From NCBI GenBank assembly GCA_963786955.1, contig CAWBAT010000004.1, forward strand, positions 224,001 to 288,000: a stretch of DNA of 64,000 nt, read 5' to 3'. The translations under genes were made by a program, and so were the position numbers. This stretch comes from an uncultured Acidimicrobiia bacterium. GTDB lineage: Bacteria > Acidobacteriota > Terriglobia > Versatilivoradales > Versatilivoraceae. The notes beneath the pieces are model-generated. The model worked only from the letters and a program-made list of their open reading frames with translations, did not search any database and was not told where the DNA came from. Every line of letters begins with the position of its first letter. The stretch's first letter is position 1. Below, in pieces: positions 59,121-64,000 of this stretch.

Positions 59121-60334
59121 CATCCAAAACTCCAATGAGCCGAACATTCGTTCTGGGCTGGATTCTCATCCTCCTCTGGTCTGGAGCCTGCTCTCGGGCA
59201 AAACAGCAGGAGCTGGCATCGGCCAGTGGCCTGTCCGATCCGATTGTGGTGAGAACCGGCACCGTCGTCGAGCGAAATGTGGAACGTTCGGTTGAAGTAG
59301 TCGGTACCCTCAAGGCAGATGAGGAAGTCGTCATCAGCAGCGAAGTTAAAGGAATCATCGAAGAATTGCCCGTTGATCTAGGGAGTGTGGTGAGACGCGG
59401 CCAGGTTCTGGCGCGCATTTCACAAAAAGAGTACCAATGGCGGGTGGATCAAGCTAACGCCGCTCTCCAACAAGTCAGAGTTCGCCTCGGATTACGCGCA
59501 GAGGTACCGCATCCGGACCCGGAGCAAAACCCGGAAGTCCGGCAAGCCAAAGCAGCGCTGGACGAGGCCAAGCTTCGTTTTGATCGTGCCAAGACCCTCA
59601 TCAAGAACGGGGATATCGCTCAAGAACAATTTGATGTTGCTGAAATGGGCCATCGCAGTGCGGAGGCTCGCTACCAGGCAGCGCTGGACAATTTTCAAAA
59701 TCAAGTGTCACTCATCGATCAACGGATCGCGGAACTTCAATTGGCCCGAAAGCAGCTCAGCGACGCGACTATTGTCTCTCCAATGGATGGAATCGTCAGC
59801 CTGCGTCATGTCACGCGCGGTGAATACATTAAGGCAGAAACGCGCATCGTAACCATCGTCAAATCCAATCCACTCCGTCTCCAGGCAGTCATTCCCGAGG
59901 TCGCCGTATCCTCCATCCGGGTGAATATGCCTGTGACGCTGAAGGTCGATGCTTACCCGGGCCGTTCCTTCAAGGGTTTGATCAGCCGCATCAGTCCTGC
60001 CCTGGATGAAAAAGCCCGGACTCTAACAGTAGAAGCGACCGTGGAGAATACCTCGGGTGAACTCAAGCCGGGACTTTTCGCCAAGGTTAGTTTGCTGGTG
60101 GAGAAACAGTCCTCCGCCGTCATGGTCCCCGCCAATGCACTCATCAACTTTGCAGGCCTGACCAAGCTCTTCGTCATTCAAGATGGCCGGGCGGTTGAAC
60201 GGATCGTGAAGACCGGAATCCAAGATGGAGGCTATGTTGAGATTCTTGAAGGCGCCAAAGTAGGCGAACGCATTGCCGTTGACATGTTGAGCCGGCTCTC
60301 GAATGGCGTGGCTGTCCAGGGGAAGGAGTCTTAA
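59117..60334 (+). CDS. RND efflux periplasmic adaptor (MFP), lipoprotein
   Basis: Lipobox-like SGAC, VDLGSVVRRGQVLA, alpha-hairpin, IVSPMDG, LKPGLFA. Confidence 0.92.
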   Translation: MTSKTPMSRTFVLGWILILLWSGACSRAKQQELASASGLSDPIVVRTGTVVERNVERSVEVVGTLKADEEVVISSEVKGIIEELPVDLGSVVRRGQVLARISQKEYQWRVDQANAALQQVRVRLGLRAEVPHPDPEQNPEVRQAKAALDEAKLRFDRAKTLIKNGDIAQEQFDVAEMGHRSAEARYQAALDNFQNQVSLIDQRIAELQLARKQLSDATIVSPMDGIVSLRHVTRGEYIKAETRIVTIVKSNPLRLQAVIPEVAVSSIRVNMPVTLKVDAYPGRSFKGLISRISPALDEKARTLTVEATVENTSGELKPGLFAKVSLLVEKQSSAVMVPANALINFAGLTKLFVIQDGRAVERIVKTGIQDGGYVEILEGAKVGERIAVDMLSRLSNGVAVQGKES

Positions 60335-63300
60335 GTGCAAAAACTTGCTGAAATTTGCATCCGGAGACCCGTCTTCGCAACCATGCTGATCATGGCACTG
60401 GTCGTGATTGGATTTGCCAGTTACTCGAAATTGGGAGTAGACCTTTTCCCTAAAGTAGATTTCCCCGTCGTCGCTGTCACCACCGTTCTCCCCGGAGCTT
60501 CGCCCGAAGAGATTGAGACGGAAATCACCAAGAAAGTGGAAGAGGCGTGCAACACGGCCAGCGGAATCGATGAGATGCGCTCGGTCTCTCTGGAGGGAGT
60601 TTCCCAAGTTTTCGTGACGTTTGTCCTGGAACGCGACCCTGCCGAGGCCGCGCAGGATATTCGAGATCGGGTGGGGCGAATTGTCGGCACGCTGCCGCGC
60701 GAAATCGATCCCCCAGTCATCGAGAGAATGGACCCGGACGCATTTCCAATCGTCTCGATTGCGATTTCAGCCTCACGGTCCACGCGAGAGATTACGGAAG
60801 TCGTGGACAAACAAGTGAAACAGTCTCTGGAGTCCCTCAGCGGTGTGGGTCAAGTCCGTTTTGTGGGTGACCGGAAAAGGGAGATTCATGTCTGGTTAAA
60901 CCCTGACAAACTCCTCTCCTACAACCTGACAATTGATGAGGTTCGAAGGGCACTCGCCTCACAAAATGTGGAGATCCCGGGAGGCTGGGTGGACCAGGGT
61001 ATCCGGGAATTGACCTTGCGCACGCTGGGCCGGGTCCTTAAGGTTGAGGAATTCAGCCAGATTGTTTTGAAAACAGTGAATGGTTCTCCAGTGCGAGTCT
61101 CCGACGTGGCCACGGTCGAAGACGGCGTGGAGGAACCCCGCTCTCTGGCGCGCTTGAATGGGAAAGAAGCGGTCGTCCTCGAGGTTCGTAAACAATCGGG
61201 GACGAATACCTTGACGGTTGTGGCAGCCGTGAAGGAGCGTCTCGACGACATCAGAGGGATATTGCCCCCGGATTTCAAACTTCTGATCGTTCGGGATCAA
61301 TCCACGTTTATTAAGAACTCGTTTGATGCGGTCCAAGAACACCTCATCCTCGGGGGATTCTTTGCTGCAATGGTTTGCCTGCTCTTCATCGCCAACTTGC
61401 GGGCCACCGTGATTGCCGCGATTGCCATTCCCACCTCCATCATTTCCACTTATACGCTGATGTGGTACATGGGTTTCACCTTGAATAACATGACGATGCT
61501 GGCCCTAACACTGAGTGTCGGAATCGTCATTGATGATGCGGTTGTGGTTCTCGAGAACATCTTTCGATTCATCGAAGAAAAGAAGATGCCTCCCATCCAG
61601 GCCGCCCGCGAGGCAACCGCCGATATCGGATTGGCCGTCATGGCCACCACCATGTCGTTGGTGATCATTTTTCTACCCGTTGCCTTCATGGGTGGAATCG
61701 TGGGTCGGTTCATGAGCAGTTTTGGTTTCACGGCGGCCTTTTCGATCATGGTCTCTCTGTTGGTCAGCTTCACGCTAACCCCCATGTTGTGCTCCCGTTT
61801 TTTGAAGAAAGCTCAAAATAGCGTCGAGCATCCTCAGAAGTCCACCAAGGAATCAAAGTTCTATTCCTGGATTGAGCGCACTTACGTCAACCTGTTGGTC
61901 TGGTCCATGGAGCATCGGCTAGCGGTTTCGCTCATTTCGGTCGGGGTCATCTTATCCACGGTTCCGCTATTCATGCTTACGGGAAAAGACTTCATCCCGC
62001 AGGATGATCAGAGTCAGATCGAAGTTCTGGCCAAAAGTCCGGATGGGACCTCGCTAAAAGGGAGTGCGGCACTGGTGGAGCAACTGGAGAAGGAGTTGGG
62101 GACCCTGCCTGGCGTCTCTTCGATTCTCTCAACCGTTGGAGCGGATTCCCAGCGACAAGTCAACTTTGCTGCGTTCTCTCTTCAGCTTGTTCCGATCGAT
62201 CAACGAAAGTATTCCCAGGCCGAGATCATGGAAATGGCCCGGCAAAAGATGAATCCGTATAAGAATGATTTGCGGATCGCGATTCAATATCCCAATTACT
62301 TCTCAGCCGGTGGTTTCACCAATGCCGATTTGTTGTATACGATTCAAGGGCCCGACCTGGAAAAGCTGGCGGAATATTCAGAAAAGATTCGCCAGATTGT
62401 GAAATCCATTCCCGGAGTCGTCGACATCAACACAACCCTGGAATTAGGGAAGCCGGAGTTGCGAGCTCACATCAATCGCGCCAAAGCCGCGGATCTTGGG
62501 TTGGATGTTCAGGCCATTGCCGGCAGTCTGCGCACGATGGTGGCCGGTGAAGAAGTGAGTTCTTTCCGGGAAGGGGATAATCGCTATGAAGTACGATTAC
62601 AAGTCGATCGAGAGAACCGGTCTAGCGCGGAACACTTGTCGAGACTCTATATCCCTTCAGCAACAGTGGGTAACGTCCAGCTAAGCAGCGTCGTTGCCTT
62701 GAATGAAGGGGTGGGGCCCGGACAGATTGACCGCTACAATCGCCAGCGGCAAGTGACGATCAGCGGCAACATCGAGAGAGGGCAGGCTCTGAGTATTGTT
62801 TTGGCCAAGTTGGAGCCAGCCGTCGCCTCCTTGAATCTGGATCCGACTTACCATACAGGATTGCAGGGTCGAAGCCGTGAGCTGGGGCGAGCCGGAATGG
62901 CCTTCATCATTGCCTTTTTTCTTTCCTGCATCTTCATGTACATGGTATTGGCTGCCCAATTTGAAAGCTTTTTGCACCCGATCACGATCTTGCTAAGCCT
63001 GCCGATGGCCATCCCGTTCGCCCTCATTTCGCTCTATGCATTCCATCAGACCATCAATATTTTTTCCTCACTGGGGATTTTGATGCTGTTTGGGGTGGTC
63101 AAGAAGAACTCCATATTGCAGATTGATCATATGAACAAGCTGCGCGAGCAAGGGGTACCCAGATTTGAGGCCATCATTCGGGGTTGCAAAGACCGGCTGC
63201 GACCCATTTTGATGACGACCTTCGCACTCGTGGCGGGGATGCTGCCGATGGCCTTTGGTGTCGGAGCAGGGTCAGGAATGAGACGCTCGGTCGCCATCAT

Positions 63301-63496
63301 TGTGATCGGGGGGCAGAGCCTGTGCTTGCTGTTGACTCTGCTGGCGATTCCGGTGGCCTATTCACTGTTTGACGATGTGGCTACCTCCTTGGTCTGGGAG
63401 CGGATGGCTCGCTTTGCTTCGGGAACCCGGTCGCGCCTCCGTGAGCGACTGGCCTCCTCCTTCTCGGCTTTTCTCAATATGTTTGGAAGGGGCTAG
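60335..63496 (+). CDS. RND efflux transporter permease (AcrB/MdtB-like)
   Basis: IRRPVFA, GIVIDDAVVVLENI, SFTLTPML, KNSIL, RLRPILMTT. Confidence 0.96.
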   Translation: MQKLAEICIRRPVFATMLIMALVVIGFASYSKLGVDLFPKVDFPVVAVTTVLPGASPEEIETEITKKVEEACNTASGIDEMRSVSLEGVSQVFVTFVLERDPAEAAQDIRDRVGRIVGTLPREIDPPVIERMDPDAFPIVSIAISASRSTREITEVVDKQVKQSLESLSGVGQVRFVGDRKREIHVWLNPDKLLSYNLTIDEVRRALASQNVEIPGGWVDQGIRELTLRTLGRVLKVEEFSQIVLKTVNGSPVRVSDVATVEDGVEEPRSLARLNGKEAVVLEVRKQSGTNTLTVVAAVKERLDDIRGILPPDFKLLIVRDQSTFIKNSFDAVQEHLILGGFFAAMVCLLFIANLRATVIAAIAIPTSIISTYTLMWYMGFTLNNMTMLALTLSVGIVIDDAVVVLENIFRFIEEKKMPPIQAAREATADIGLAVMATTMSLVIIFLPVAFMGGIVGRFMSSFGFTAAFSIMVSLLVSFTLTPMLCSRFLKKAQNSVEHPQKSTKESKFYSWIERTYVNLLVWSMEHRLAVSLISVGVILSTVPLFMLTGKDFIPQDDQSQIEVLAKSPDGTSLKGSAALVEQLEKELGTLPGVSSILSTVGADSQRQVNFAAFSLQLVPIDQRKYSQAEIMEMARQKMNPYKNDLRIAIQYPNYFSAGGFTNADLLYTIQGPDLEKLAEYSEKIRQIVKSIPGVVDINTTLELGKPELRAHINRAKAADLGLDVQAIAGSLRTMVAGEEVSSFREGDNRYEVRLQVDRENRSSAEHLSRLYIPSATVGNVQLSSVVALNEGVGPGQIDRYNRQRQVTISGNIERGQALSIVLAKLEPAVASLNLDPTYHTGLQGRSRELGRAGMAFIIAFFLSCIFMYMVLAAQFESFLHPITILLSLPMAIPFALISLYAFHQTINIFSSLGILMLFGVVKKNSILQIDHMNKLREQGVPRFEAIIRGCKDRLRPILMTTFALVAGMLPMAFGVGAGSGMRRSVAIIVIGGQSLCLLLTLLAIPVAYSLFDDVATSLVWERMARFASGTRSRLRERLASSFSAFLNMFGRG

Positions 63497-63526
63497 AGCT
63501 CGATCTCACAAACTCGCGGTAGTTGC

Positions 63527-63574
63527 TGTAGCCGGGGACGCCGGCCCCGGCCGGTCCCAGCGGAGCCAGCTACA
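63527..63574. repeat. GTAG-REP-like element
   Basis: TGTAGCCGGGG-acgccgg-CCCCGGC ... GCTACA. Confidence 0.5.
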
Positions 63575-63686
63575 ACTCGGGCCTCTGCAACTTAGTCTAG
63601 ATCCAGGGTTCGAAATTTCGCATTGTAGCCAGGCATCAGTAATAGACATCCCGTGGCTCCATCCATTCTTTGGAGATATTTTGCTC

Positions 63687-64000
63687 ATGAACGCGCAAAG
63701 ACATTTTCCGTATAAGTCTATTTTCATTCTCTTGGTACTGAATTGGTTTTGTCCCACGCCTGCCATCGCGCAGGGCCAGACCGGTTCTAACCGGGAAATC
63801 CCGTTCGAGCTGGTCGGGATAGACACCTCAAAGGAAAGACAGGTTTCCCTGCAAGAATCCATTGAGCTGGCCTTACGCAATAGTCCAGGGGTCAAAGTTG
63901 AGCAAGGTAATACCGAGATCACGCGGTTGGGTGTAAAAGCGGCTCAGGGCAACTATGACCCGACGTTCGGATTTGGCCCGCGTTACGAGTCACGAACCAT
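63687..64000 (+). CDS. TolC family outer membrane efflux protein (5' part, runs off the window)
   Basis: ATG 63687 after GGAG; signal peptide, then VSLQESIELALRNSP...AAQGNYDP; follows the RND permease. Confidence 0.8.
   Translation, partial: MNAQRHFPYKSIFILLVLNWFCPTPAIAQGQTGSNREIPFELVGIDTSKERQVSLQESIELALRNSPGVKVEQGNTEITRLGVKAAQGNYDPTFGFGPRYESRT

Noticed and set aside
1-64000. CRISPR array, rRNA, IS transposase
   Set aside because: No regularly spaced direct repeats, rRNA signatures or transposase motifs seen

Overview
A bacterial chromosomal window of roughly 50-55% GC. Gene content (DUF1553/DUF1501, pilB-T-C-S-R, ntrY/X, CarD) suggests Acidobacteriota, which is an inference. In order it holds: a purine operon (MBL hydrolase-purB-purS-purQ-purL, purF-purM-purN) running into tyrS, which appears to use a CTG start, and an unusual Zn-ribbon/TM/GspG-like/coiled-coil/beta-sandwich protein; pyk; carD; an HNH endonuclease; tRNA-Val(GAC); a catabolic cluster (amidohydrolase, ketopantoate-reductase-like, LLM oxidoreductase, cytochrome c-DUF1549/DUF1553, DUF1501) with three +1 homopolymer frameshifts; a partial myo-inositol cluster (ALDH-iolD-iolE / iolA); selB; galU; an APC permease; a second ALDH; type IV pilus genes without pilA; ntrYX; an MrfAB-like helicase/exonuclease pair; an S9 peptidase; a UroD-family protein; a GH28; a cupin; and a TetR-RND-TolC efflux operon. 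The most interesting non-coding signals are: (1) a promoter, 22-codon leader peptide and terminator/antiterminator upstream of the HNH nuclease, consistent with a ribosome-dependent attenuator; (2) a ~172-nt 6S-like rod RNA just upstream of that; and (3) a 13-bp inverted repeat flanking an AT-rich, promoter-containing segment in front of selB. No CRISPR array, integrase or transposase was seen. All structure calls were made by eye and are not computed folds.
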